Below, in pieces: positions 49,101-61,118 of a DNA stretch of 64,000 nt. The notes beneath the pieces were generated by a model. The model saw only the letters and a list, made by a program, of their open reading frames with translations. It did not search any database and was not told the DNA's origin. Both the position numbers and the translations under genes were made by a program. Origin of the DNA: Laetmonice hystrix (Eukaryota); NCBI GenBank assembly GCA_965235115.1, contig OZ249436.1, forward strand, positions 7,998,001 through 8,062,000, given 5' to 3'. Within the stretch, counting starts at the first letter, position 1; the number at the start of each line of letters is the position of its first letter.

Positions 49101-52100
49101 AGCCACAGGGTGTTTGTATGCGGTGAGGTGTTAGGCCCGCCCCAGACCGCTCCTTGTCATTGTAAATCTCTGGCACTCATCCTCAGCTCCAGCCGCTGTC
49201 GTTGGGCGCGTCTTCGTCTGGCTTCTTCATCTCAACATACGGGTCCCTGAGGAGGCGGCCAAGTGCCGGGGCGAGTCAAGTGGAGAAGTTGGGGTTGAGA
49301 ATCTGGGGGCTCAAAACCACGATACTGGGGGTGGATGCCCTCCGGGGGGGGGATCGGTCTGAACTAAAAGGTCCAATAGTGTGCCTCGAATTCTCACCCC
49401 CCCCGGGAGAAATGTAAGCAGAGGCCCTATAGGCACACACGGGGAACAGAGAGGTGCACCTTGTCGGCCCAAAGAACTGTTTCCTTATTTAACATCGGAA
49501 CGGGACTTGATGGCCAACTTAAGTGCGGAGTTTTCTTCTAGGTTGCCTGAAGGATATTGATCATTGAACAAAATCGGTTACACTTGAAGGAGGGAGTTGG
49601 TGGGGGTTGAGACAATGAGAGGTGGTGTGGATTGGTTTCCCGGATGGGGTCTGGTTGAGGGTTGTCATGGGGGGTTTATATTCGAATATGTTTTGTTTTT
49701 GACCTCGCCAATGCGGATGTGGTTTGTGGGCGTAGGATGTCTCCTAGTGGTCAGTTAACATATCAAATAATCTATGTGGTGGTGAAGAAACGCCTCCTTG
49801 GGGGGTGGGGGTTGCCGGTGGTGGTTTGGGGGTGGGGGAGGTAGGCTTTCAGTGGGGACACTACCGCACTACAGCCAAATGTAGCACATTAGTAGCGCCA
49901 GGCCCTTCCATTAACTGCCGATGGCTTTGTGTGGGCAGACCACAATTATGCTACAAGTCGGCTTAGGCATAGTAGCCACAGCAGGCCGGAGGAGGAGGGG
50001 GGGGGGCGCCGGACAATCCGGACTAAGTGGCAGCAGTGGCCAGCAGGGCGCAAATGCCTTTAGCTTACGCATGGGTAAAGGGGGTGGGGGGAGGAAGTGG
50101 CAGGAAATTTCATTAGGAATTCATCAGGTTCTGATGACTTGGAAATGTAAATGATTCATGGGAAGCACTGCCGGGAGCCTTGGGGCTTCACTCCCTGTGG
50201 ATGGCGTCCAGAATAAAAAAAGGGGGAAGGGTGTGTGGGGGTGGGGGTGGGGGTTGGGGTGAGGGTGATACTGTCTATAGCTGGTGAACCATACCAACAG
50301 ACATGATGTAAGGAGGTCATTATCTGATGCCTGCCCGGGGGTTGGTACCAGAGGATGGTCCGCCGGGGATGGGTTGTATGATGCCCTCCTACCTACCGCG
50401 GCCACTAGAAGATCCTATCTGACGCCCATCCTGAATCTGTCCTACCGTCCATGTCGTAAGTGGTTGAAGAAGCAGACAGAATCTGCTGGTTTATCTTGGA
50501 AATCGGATCATCGATGCTGTCACTTCATTTGGTTGGGAGCCTGGGAACTGCCCATGGAGTGGTTGTGGGCGGGGCAGGCAGATAGCAGCCGGGGTGTGTG
50601 CTAGCAGGGACCCAGGGGGAGGGGGTGTGGGGAGGGGGTGTGGGAGGGAGCAGTCATGGCCCCCGGGGGTTAGGGATGGATGGGTGGATTGTACCCCCTC
50701 CCTCTCACCCCCAACACCCCCACACCCCTCCCCCGCGCCACCTGAGACACGACCTTGTCAGCTGGAATTACCAAGGATGGGAGGACAGGGAACCTTTCAA
50801 GCAGCTGCCTCCTGCGGTCCTCGGTCCATCTCGGTCCCTCTCGGTCCATCACGGCCACAATGCAGCCTTGTCTTTACGCTGGGTGGTCGGCCGTTTTACC
50901 GACCCTCTATTCACCCCGTAACACCCACTTAACTCCCAATTCGCGGCGACCTAGACCCCACAAATTACCATCTCTAAAGGCTGAGACGAGATAAGATGTA
51001 GGGGTTCAGCTTCAAAACCCACCGCGTCTTGTCATAAAACACAGAGGGCAGAATATCCTAGCCACCGTGAGAAAAACCCCTCCAGCGACACCCTTTCTAT
51101 TACCCAGGGAGCAGGTGTTGGTCACATTATCAACCAGAAATACCTGGGATTCTTGCACCACCATCGAAAGCCCCACGGGGATTTGTTTGACCAGATTATG
51201 GATTTCAGTTTAAGGTGGACTAGTATCACTAGTCTATAGTGGAGAGGGACGGGAGTGGACTGGGTGGTTAAACATGGACTGACTATAGGTGTGAGGGGAC
51301 CGCAGCTGTCGGTGGGTATAAGGGTGGGGAGAATGTGGAGTAGAAGGGGAGGAGGAGGAGGAGGAGAAGGTAGAACAAGGAGGAATGGTTAGCCATGGCG
51401 GGAACCCTCCGCATGACCACACTGACTGGGGGACTGGGGTGAGGGTTAATAATCGCACCTGGATGTCTAGGGCTCACTGGGTAAGGGTATTTACCCTATT
51501 CTAATCCGACAGGCATCCACTAAATACACCTGTATGCGATTCACTCTCAGCCCGATTCAGCCAAGGTTGTCAACCAAGGTCAAACAAGTCCCCGTCCTGT
51601 TAAATATAGAAAAGAATATGATCTACTAAAAAGACCTTGACTCTATCCACGGCACAATACGGAACAAGAACCAGCAAATTGAATTTTGAAAGTCAGTAAC
51701 AATAGCACTTGGATGAGTGCCATGGCAGGTCGGGTTAGTTGAGGATTAGTAATCCCATGAATAGCGGTAAAGGTTGTGGTACGAATGGCTATAGGCCCCC
51801 CTCCCACCCCCTCCCGCCCGCTTGCCTTGCTTAGCCCGGCTTGTATTAAGTGTCACGAGTTTGTTTGTGTTACGGCTCAGAAAGTGGTCATTGTGTGAGG
51901 GGCGCACGGTTGAGTGCACGTATTGACGACACCTCCATTGAGCCGACGTTAATTTGCTCCTCTATCGACCAAGCGTGGACGCGGAGCCAAGGGAGGGGTG
52001 GGGGGTGTGAGTGGGTGGGGGTAAGGGGTGTGTGAGGGGGGTCGTGTGCATCCTCCGTTTTGACCCCAATACGTGTCACCTCTTCCTGCCCCTCTGTCAT

Positions 52101-55021
52101 TACCGGTGTCGGGGGCCATTTCAGTGGAGAGTCGTCATGGGCGGCACATAAAGGTTCTATAAGTAATTGTGGTGGTGTGTGTCTAGCAAACCACAGCCCT
52201 GCAGGCCACAGTTGAGTGATCAGACACACAGTCATGGTCTGTTGCACACAGCCGGGAAGTCACCGCTGGGCTACACAAACTGTGTGTGTGTGCACCTCCA
52301 CGGGTGGACGCACCTGTGAGGCGAGTCACTTTCCCGACTTTCAGTAGGATAAATGTTATGTGTGTGTCCCCCCCCTACCTCCCCTGGCCCCCCGCCCCCC
52401 CGGGCCCCTTGAACTGTACACACCAAGGTCCTGTGTTGAAGAGCACACTCGCCCACTAACCCAGCCTCTGGCGACTGGTGACCCTCAACTGTAACCATGT
52501 AATGTCTCATGTCAAATAGCTGACTATACGGGGAGAAAGGTGGCGGCTCAGGTGAAAACCCTTCACAACTGACCCCCACCCCCACCCCACCCAATCCCGG
52601 CCGTCCCGCTGTGGTCGGAGGCGGCGACACCAGGGCCACCTGGTGATTGAGGTTAGAACTAAAAAGTGCCTTGAGAAGATGGCGGCTGTGGTTGTGGTGT
52701 TTGGGGCGGGAGACACCGAGCTGTGATTTCAGGGAGTTTGAATGATTGAATGAACAGTCGGCCATCCACACACATGGTGGACTGTGGGGAATCTAAAACA
52801 ATAGCTGAGGCCCACGTGGGTTGTGTGAGAGGGTGATGAGGGCAGTGGAGTGGTCAACAGGGGTAACAATGGCAGAGCAGGGCTGGGGTGGGGAGAGGAG
52901 AGAGGGAGCAAGGGTTGGGGTAGCGGGGGTGGGGGTGGGGTGGAGTGGGGTGCCGCAGCACCATTGGTGTGTGAGAAACAGTGACTGTTGGAGTGTGAGA
53001 TATGATTCCCGTGTTGTATGATCACAGAGAAACTGGGCTAGCAGACCTACCAACCAAAAGCCACCACCCGATGGCTGGCTGGTTCTCGCTGTCTTCAGGA
53101 AGGCAGGGAGGCGAACCTCTCTGTCTCTGTCTTGCTGTGGGCAGTCGGCAGCCCCCGATTGATGGCCTTCCCACAGCGACTGGCAGCAGCACGTCTAGTC
53201 TCCACTAGTCTCCCCGCCTAGCCGTGCCTTGTAATCGTCCGCCACACATTAGGTGGGCACTAAGCCTGATTGCCCACCTAATCCTATTGCACTAATGCCA
53301 TAAGGCAGCGCGTGGGCCTGTTTTTTTACTGAGCCCACGGGGGCCAGGGGACATGACAGGCATGGGTAATGAAGACGCTGCGCAAGGAGCGACTCGTCGT
53401 CGGATTTCTCCGTACAAGCCGACCGTGGGTAAAACGGACGGGCACAAAGGCAGACAAATCACGCCTGTCTTGTTGGAATGGCGCGCCAATCCCGGCCAAT
53501 CCAGTGCAATCAGGGGAAACTTGTAGTTTTCTGGATGGGTAAGCGACGGGAGGGGCTTGGCGACGGTAAGGCCTGCGGGGCCGGCCGGGGGTCAGCCAGC
53601 TCGGCCACTGCCCTCATGTACAGACCCGACATTGGTAATGGCACCAATTTATCAGGCTTGGGGAATGCACAATTAGAGATGCTGGTAGTTACCTGGGGAG
53701 GGCTGCGTTATGCGAGCTGGAACTGATGGATGGATCATCCACCACTTCTCCCACCAGTGGTGGTCCGAGTGGTGCCGTGGGGGAGTGGGGAGGGGGGCTG
53801 AAACACATTCATGAGTCCACACATGCTTGAGGAGACCGGCGAGTAGCATTCACTCATTCTGAGCTTGCGGAGACCCTCCAAATACGTTGGCTAATCCTGA
53901 GGTGTTAAGCAGACGGAATTTAAAATCCCCAGCTGCTCCTACCTGGGGGTCAATTCTTCGGTTTATACTGGGCGACTTTTTAAAGCAGCTAATATATAAT
54001 TATGTACGAAACATTTTAATATTCACTGTGAATAATTATATTTCAATTTTTAATATTTCCCCTAAACATCTGCTAATACAGTATCAACCGACAGCTGTTT
54101 AGGCTTGCCGTGCCAGGCATTAATCTTAGATTATATATACAAGACCACATACCGGCGACGCCTTGCTGTGAGTTTTGTGCAATCAGACAATGTTTTGTTT
54201 GCACATCAAACACAGCCAGGAGTATTGCATTTGTTCACACACTTAGAACGACAGCGAGACAAAAATAAAAAAAAAGGAAAAATGGTGCGGCCCGTTGGCA
54301 TGTGAGCCGGGGCCGTACGAGGAGGGGACTCGGGAGTTCGGCAAGTGTTTGGTGTGGTATTTACATGCCTCCTGAGCCACGGCTTATCCTCGCCGGGGAC
54401 TGAGGCAGGCCCACTCGCCCACTCTAGTAGGTAATTGGCCTCTCGTATACACTTAGCCAACTCAGCACCGACTGAGCGGCAGGCGGCTTGACACAAAAGC
54501 TGGCCCTGTGATGGCGGCGCCGCTGTCCCCCTAGTGGATGGCATCGACAAAGGCCAAAAGCCACTCAAGAATGTCCAGGCTAACGCAGTGCTGACGTCAC
54601 CCTCTCAGACGCCCAAACCGGAGTTCTTGTCTCCCCACCGCCACACCCCTCCCCTCATTCTGTCATTATCCCACCTTGCCCACCGGAAGTCACCCAACCC
54701 TCTTTTAAAAGCAATTGTTACATGTATGTTTATGGCTGCCTGGCACGAAAATGTTTTTATTAAAGGGGAGGGAGTAAGAAGTAGAAAAAGTGAGTGTAAT
54801 AGTTTGATAGGGGGAGGGTGGTGGTTGTAAGAGTGGAGAGGACATAATGTATCGGGCCCGTGTGGAGTAATCATGGCCCCAACCCGGTGAAGTGTCAGCA
54901 GAGAGGGAGGGTGGGAGGCTCATGATGACAGGTACTGGAGTGGTAGAGTGCCAGTGTGGAGTGGGGCTCCATATATGCTGATGGGGTCAGACGGGGCGAG
55001 GACCCTTGAAGGTTGGAGGAG

Positions 55022-55056
55022 AAGGAGGAGGAGGAGGAGGAGGAGGAGGAGGAGGC
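55022..55056. repeat. (GAG)n microsatellite
   Basis: Direct reading. Confidence 0.9.
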
Positions 55057-56071
55057 CCAGAGCGCCCGGCCGCCACCTCTCCATCCCGGCCCACCCGGCT
55101 ACAGTACGTACACTGGCCGAGAGGGGGCGCTGGCACTGATTGAGAACAGGATGTGGGTTCAGACGTTCAGATGCTGGCAGGGATCCTGGTAGGGGGTGGG
55201 CGGGAGAGGTGGCAGCTTCCAGTTACAGCCATTCAACCCCAATGCCTTTTGACCCCTGTTAAGCCCCTCCAGGACAATCAGTTGGCCGGAGTAGTCACCA
55301 TCTGCCCACATGTGGCCCTACTGACCTCAGGGGACCTTGACCTTTGACCCCATTGAGGGGATTAAATTCTCCTACATTTACCACCTTAGGTTGTGGTGAG
55401 CACCTGGGGCTGATGACCTGGCTTCGGTTACCGGGTTATAGTGGGAAGAAATGCTAGGTTTGATTCTCTGGTTGATAGGGTCGTGGGCTCAAATAGAAGG
55501 TCACCAAGAAATACATGCGTGCTCTGGACTGGGTGGTTCGTGGTGGTCTACTGACTGCCCAAGCTATAAAAGGTGGCACCTCCAACCTGGAAGTGATTAA
55601 CCAAGCATGTATCCCACAAGACAGCCAAATTGTGTTGTTGTCATGGTAACAGGGAGGCATGGTGAGAAGAGTTTGTTGTCAGAGTTAATGGCAGGATGGG
55701 GCCGTCGCCTGATGGTGGTTTCAGATTGGCAGTGTGACGTCAGCCCCACGTGACATTGGCCCCAAGCCTGGTACGCCATTGGTCGAACCAGAGGTCACGT
55801 GATAAATCGGTCTCAGGTTTAAAAATGGCAATGAATTGCTTGGGGAGTTAAGTTGATTATGGGATCTGTTTTCTCATAACAAAGTGGGGGATTTCGTTTT
55901 TTCATTAACTCCAAAAATCGTGCATTGCTGTTAGGATAATTACACGGATGACCTGTTGAATAACCTTTGCGTTTAATCTTTGATCAAATGACGTGGTTGT
56001 TTGAGCGTCCTGATCGTAATTCTGACCAACATCCGGGAGAAAAAAATTGTGCTTCCCCAGACAAAGTCTGG

Positions 56072-56300
56072 GAATGAAGGAACATGGGAGCAAAAGATAC
56101 CTTACTGATCTCTGAATATGGTCGTCAGGTAAGGTGGTTGTGGGTGTGTGTGGTTGTGGGTGTGTGTCGGGACTCGGTGGACGGAGAATGAAGGAACATG
56201 GGAGCAAAAGATACCTTACTGATCTCTGAATATGGTCGTCAGGTAAGGTGGTTGTATCTGTGTGTGGTTGTGGGTGTGTGTCGGGACTCGGTGGACGGAG
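56072..56300 (+). repeat. Tandem duplication, 114-nt period, two copies
   Basis: GAATGAAGGAACATGGGAGC...GGTGGACGGAG begins at 56072 and 56186. Confidence 0.95.
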
Positions 56301-57165
56301 GGAGGTGGCCTGAGTTTGGCCTCACTTTGACTCATTGTCTGAGGGTCAGTTTCATTGTCTGTTTGCTGCGTACACACACCCCAACCGACCGGTCTCTCAG
56401 ACACACCGACGTTGGGAGGTGTGTGCTCAACGCGAGCTGCTGTGTGCCCAACAGAACCCTCTGTGTGCCCAACACCACCAGCTCTGTGGGCTGGGATCAG
56501 GACTTTGGACAATATTTAACTTCACCTTGTTGACCACTGGTCACTGTCCAGTGCTGGGTTTTAAGCAGTCAAGTTGACCACAGCCCAAGTCGAAGGCCGG
56601 TGGTCGAGAGGGGAGGGGGTGGAAGCGCCGGGGCCTGACCGGAGTTGGCCTATAACGACGCACACAAACAGTATTTGGCGGTTAAGGTGCGAAAATATTG
56701 CTTTATATACGGCCTGCTGAAAGTATTACAGGCTGTGTACAAGGTGTTTGTTGGGGAAACACTTGAGGTTGTTTGCTTGTGAATGGGAGTGTGTGCCCAG
56801 GCGAGGTTCTGTTTGACGATAGCCGTGGATTGCACGCACACCATTTGACTTTACTTTGTAAGGAATACTACTGTCGGGAGAGAAGGCTACAGCAGGGGGA
56901 GGGGCCGGACTGAAATAATGGTAAACCTGCCTTCTATCGATTTCAAATGAGAAGCTTTCTATTTCTACCTATTGTTTGCTGGGGTACTCTCTTGACTGTA
57001 GGTAAGCACATTCTTTTGTTAAGGGGTTGATATCCCAAGGGGTAACAGGCAGGTGTTAACACAAATACCGGGTATAATGAATTGACAAATGAGCAGAGGT
57101 TGATTGGGGTCCAAGTTTATTAATGGTAGCGGTTGTCGTTTTGTGTGTTGAAGAACGTTACCCTT

Positions 57166-57216
57166 AGCCCCACTTACCCGACCCCCACTTACCCGAGCCC
57201 CACTTACCCGAGCCCC
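57166..57216. repeat. 15-nt tandem repeat x3 (CCCCACTTACCCGAG)
   Basis: CACTTACCC at 57171, 57186, 57201. Confidence 0.9.
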
Positions 57217-57458
57217 AGATGTGTTCAAACCCACCTGTACACACCGTCCACACCTCGCACCTCGCCAGCTGTTTCCCTCGGTCAAACTGACCTTTGTTTA
57301 CATACATGGCACTCGGCTTACCGTTACATAGTGAATGTCAATATTAACCCAACCCCAGATCACCCCCCACCCCCGCCACCTCCAGTAATACCATGATTCC
57401 ACTACCGAAATAACCCTGACCCAAAACACGGGGTGAGATGGGTGTTGGCGATCTGCCC

Positions 57459-58692
57459 GATTGTTGGACCCACCTGTAGGTCACATGAACATGGAGATAT
57501 TTCTGATGTAATGTTAGCAATGAACCACACATCACAGGCCGTGGGTTTCCATAGATTGTTAGCCCCACCTGTAGGTCACATGAACATGGAGATATTTCTG
57601 ATGTAATGTTAGCAATGAACCACACATCACAGGCCGTGGGTTTCCATAGATTGTTGGACCCACCTGTAGGTCACATGAACATGGAGATATTTCTGATGTA
57701 ATGTTAGCAATGAACCACACATCACAGGCCGTGGGTTTCCATAGATTGTTGGACCCACCTGTAGGTCACATGAACATGGAGATATTTCTGATGTAATGTT
57801 AGCAATGAAGCACACATCACAGGCCGTGGGTTTCCATAGATTGTTGGACCCACCTGTAGGTCACATGAACATGGAGATATTTCTGATGTAATGTTAGCAA
57901 TGGACCACACATCACAGGCCGTGGGTTTCCATAGATTGTTGGACCCACCTGTAGGTCACATGAACATGGAGATATTTCTGATGTAATGTTAGCAATGAAC
58001 CACACATCACAGGCCGTGGGTTTCCATAGATTGTTAGCCCCACCTGTAGGTCACATGAACATGGAGATATTTCTGATGTAATGTTAGCAATGAACCACAC
58101 ATCACAGGCCGTGGGTTTCCATAGATTGTTGGACCCACCTGTAGGTCACATGAACATGGAGATATTTCTGATGTAATGTTAGCAATGAACCACACATCAC
58201 AGGCCGTGGGTTTCCATAGATTGTTGGACCCACCTGTAGGTCACATGAACATGGAGATATTTCTGATGTAATGTTAGCAATGACATCACAGGCCGTGGGT
58301 TTCCATAGATTGTTGGACCCACCTGTAGGTCACATGAACATGGAGATATTTCTGATGTAATGTTAGCAATGAACCACACATCACAGGCCGTGGGTTTCCA
58401 TAGATTGTTGGACCCACCTGTAGGTCACATGAACATGGAGATATTTCTGATGTAATGTTAGCAATGAACCACACATCACAGGCCGTGGGTTTCCATAGAT
58501 TGTTGGACCCACCTGTAGGTCACATGAACATGGAGATATTTCTGATGTAATGTTAGCAATGAAGCACACATCACAGGCCGTGGGTTTCCATAGATTGTTG
58601 GACCCACCTGTAGGTCACATGAACATGGAGATATTTCTGATGTAATGTTAGCAATGAAGCACACATCACAGGCCGTGGGTTTCCATAGATTG
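57459..58692. repeat. Highly homogeneous tandem array, 95-nt unit, ~13 copies
   Basis: Near-identical 62-aa ORFs recur at 95-nt spacing (57627, 57722, 57817...); one unit carries a 6-nt deletion near 58283. Confidence 0.98.
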
Positions 58693-59074
58693 ATCGCACT
58701 AAGTGTGCTTCAGTTTACTCAATTGATTATTGACCGACCCGACCCATGGAGTGCCAGGTCTAAATGGACCCACAGCATCTGTATTGACAAGACAGTTCTC
58801 GGCGCTTGGCAAACACAAACCGTGGGGCTGTGGGCCGGGCAACTATTGAGGGATTGTTGGAACACTGGTGTGGGTAATAATTAATCTATGTGTGTGAACT
58901 TGTAACTGGGTTGCCGGTAGTTTCAGCTTGTGTCATTCAGTTCGTTCTTATTGTAACTGTTTGGTAAGGGAAACACATTGTGTTCATAACACAATAGGTG
59001 TACACCATTTTGAAAAGTGATATAAAACTAGCAGTGCGGCACCACATAGAAAATTGGGTTCTCTCTTTTAGTGG

Positions 59075-59422
59075 GCTAGGTGACAGGGTAAGGGCTAGGG
59101 TAAGGGCTAGGTGACAGGGTAAGGGCTAGGTGACAGGGTAAGGGCTAGGGTAAGGGCTAGGTGACAGGGTAAGGGCTAGGGTAAGGGCTAGGTGACAGGG
59201 TAAGGGCTAGGTGACAGGGTAAGGGCTAGGGTAAGGGCTAGGTGACAGGGTAAGGGCTAGGGTAAGGGCTAGGTGACAGGGTAAGGGCTAGGTGACAGGG
59301 TAAGGGCTAGGGTAAGGGCTAGGTGACAGGGTAAGGGCTAGGGTAAGGGCTAGGTGACAGGGTAAGGGCTAGGTGACAGGGTAAGGGCTAGGTGACAGGG
59401 TAAGGGCTAGGTGACAGGGTAA
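59075..59422 (+). repeat. G-rich compound repeat of 19-nt (GGGCTAGGTGACAGGGTAA) and 13-nt (GGGCTAGGGGTAA) units
   Basis: Direct reading; dense GGG tracts fit the G-quadruplex pattern. Confidence 0.96.
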
Positions 59423-59467
59423 GAGCAAAATGGTGGGATACGTTTTCGTTGATCAGTGTATTAGAAT

Positions 59468-59591
59468 GGGGTAACATGAGGGACGGGGTAAAATGGGGGA
59501 TGGGGTAACATGAGGGATGGGGCAACATGGGGGATGGGGTAACATGAGGGATGGGGTAACATGGGGGATGGGGTAATTTGGGGGACGGGGT
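59468..59591 (+). repeat. 17-nt G-rich tandem repeat (GGGGTAACATGAGGGAT), ~7 copies
   Basis: Direct reading. Confidence 0.92.
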
Positions 59592-61004
59592 ACCCCATCA
59601 GAGGGCGTGGTCACACGTATGGCGATCAACCCCTTAGTGACGCCGAGATGTGGCCGTTATATCGGGGTGGGGTTGTTTGAGACGGCTGGTTGGTGCACCC
59701 ACAACACCCACACGATCGAGTGGAGTCTGTGGGTCTGTGGGTGTTGGTCCAGTTTCTGACGGTCAATCATCCTCATTGCTGTTGATAAAATGATGTGCTC
59801 AGCACAATCACACAGCGTTGTCAGATGAGGAAGTCCGACCCACAGAGATACGGGTATCGTCATTAATGATGACGTGACTTGTGAGTTAACGTTTTGTGGT
59901 CTGGTCAGGAGTAGCTAGTCAGGAGTGGCCAGGAGATGGGAGCATGGAGTCCTGGGGTGGGTCCCGATATATTGTCGTGACATCAGGAGACAGACAGCTT
60001 ACAGACCCGGACCTGGGATAAAACAAGATAGGTCAGTAACAATGAAATGACAATATTGGCAGGGTTCGAGGGGTCAGGAAGGATGTCTGGTGAGGGTTTA
60101 CGGGATCAGCAAGATCCAAGCGTGCCCCGCCATCATTTGGGTGTTTTGAGATCATACGATCAGTCATTGAACCACATACCAATCATTGATATTCGTACCA
60201 ATCATTGAACCCCTTACCCGGGTCAGAATCTTACACAGCCTACACAGCCTATAACGAAACAACCAATGAAGGCAAGAAGGGGCACCTACAGGCACCCTGG
60301 AGGTGGGGTAACTGTAGACACCCCAGAGGTCACAACTTGATCAGCATTTCCATCCCCAGATTACCGCAGTGCTGACCTCTTCCCCCAACGCTAAACCTAG
60401 GTTCAAACCCGGCCGATAATCTCCCCGGCCTAATCGCACCCACCCAAGGGATTAGGTTAATCTTATCGCGCCCAGTGGGTTCCCAACTCAGACTGAAGAT
60501 AGCCGCCTGTGATGGTACATACCCCCCTCGTTACCCCCAGCCGCCGCTGTGGATCAGTCCAGTAATAATATCACTAGGGAGTCTAGAGCACGGTACTCTG
60601 GGCTCGTTCACAGACTGAAGAGGAATTATTTGACATCCTGCCGGTTTTATAAATCATTAAACTTCCTGGGTTTTCATCATGATGTAACGCTGTAATTCGT
60701 AATCTACGGTCATTTGACAAAGCGATTCCGATCGAGGTCAAACTGTGTGCGGGGAACTAGGTAACTAGGGCAGTATGGAATGGGGTGAACTGATCAGAGA
60801 GACATCTAGTGAAAGAGCTGGAACTAAATACCATAAGTCTTTGGTCAGTCGCCAAGATCACTACATTGTGACAATGTCACTATATGGTGACCCCAGAGAT
60901 ATAAATGGGGCATCCGTTTCAGTTATAACAGTGGACGGTTCGAGAAATTACAAACTGTAGTACCGACATAGCAGCTAAGTGTTCTTTCCTGTTGTATTTT
61001 CCAG

Positions 61005-61118
61005 AGAAGCTCAGCATCACCTAATGACCGAGAAAAGTACGATCCCAGAAATCGAAGTAGGTCGCCCGAGGTAAACAATGCTGCAGGAAAGAAGAGACGC
61101 ATGGAGAAGGATGGAGGG
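61005..61118 (+). CDS. gro (TLE): groucho exon 9, CcN domain with NLS (RSSASPNDREKY...GKKRRMEKDGG)
   Basis: Acceptor TTTCCTGTTGTATTTTCCAG; 114 nt, phase 0-0 using a weak GGG|GTTCGT donor; the basic KKRR cluster precedes the CK2 site as in Gro/TLE. Confidence 0.85.

Noticed and set aside
57344-58664. Series of near-identical 62-aa ORFs (apparent peptide gene cluster)
   Set aside because: Each is the same reading of the 95-nt array, mostly from non-ATG starts.
1-58692. CRISPR arrays
   Set aside because: All arrays are head-to-tail tandem repeats without unique spacers; no cas genes; the DNA is eukaryotic.
60400-60410. Pol III B-box-like GGTTCAAACCC (tRNA/SINE)
   Set aside because: No A box at the proper spacing and no cloverleaf or poly-A tail.
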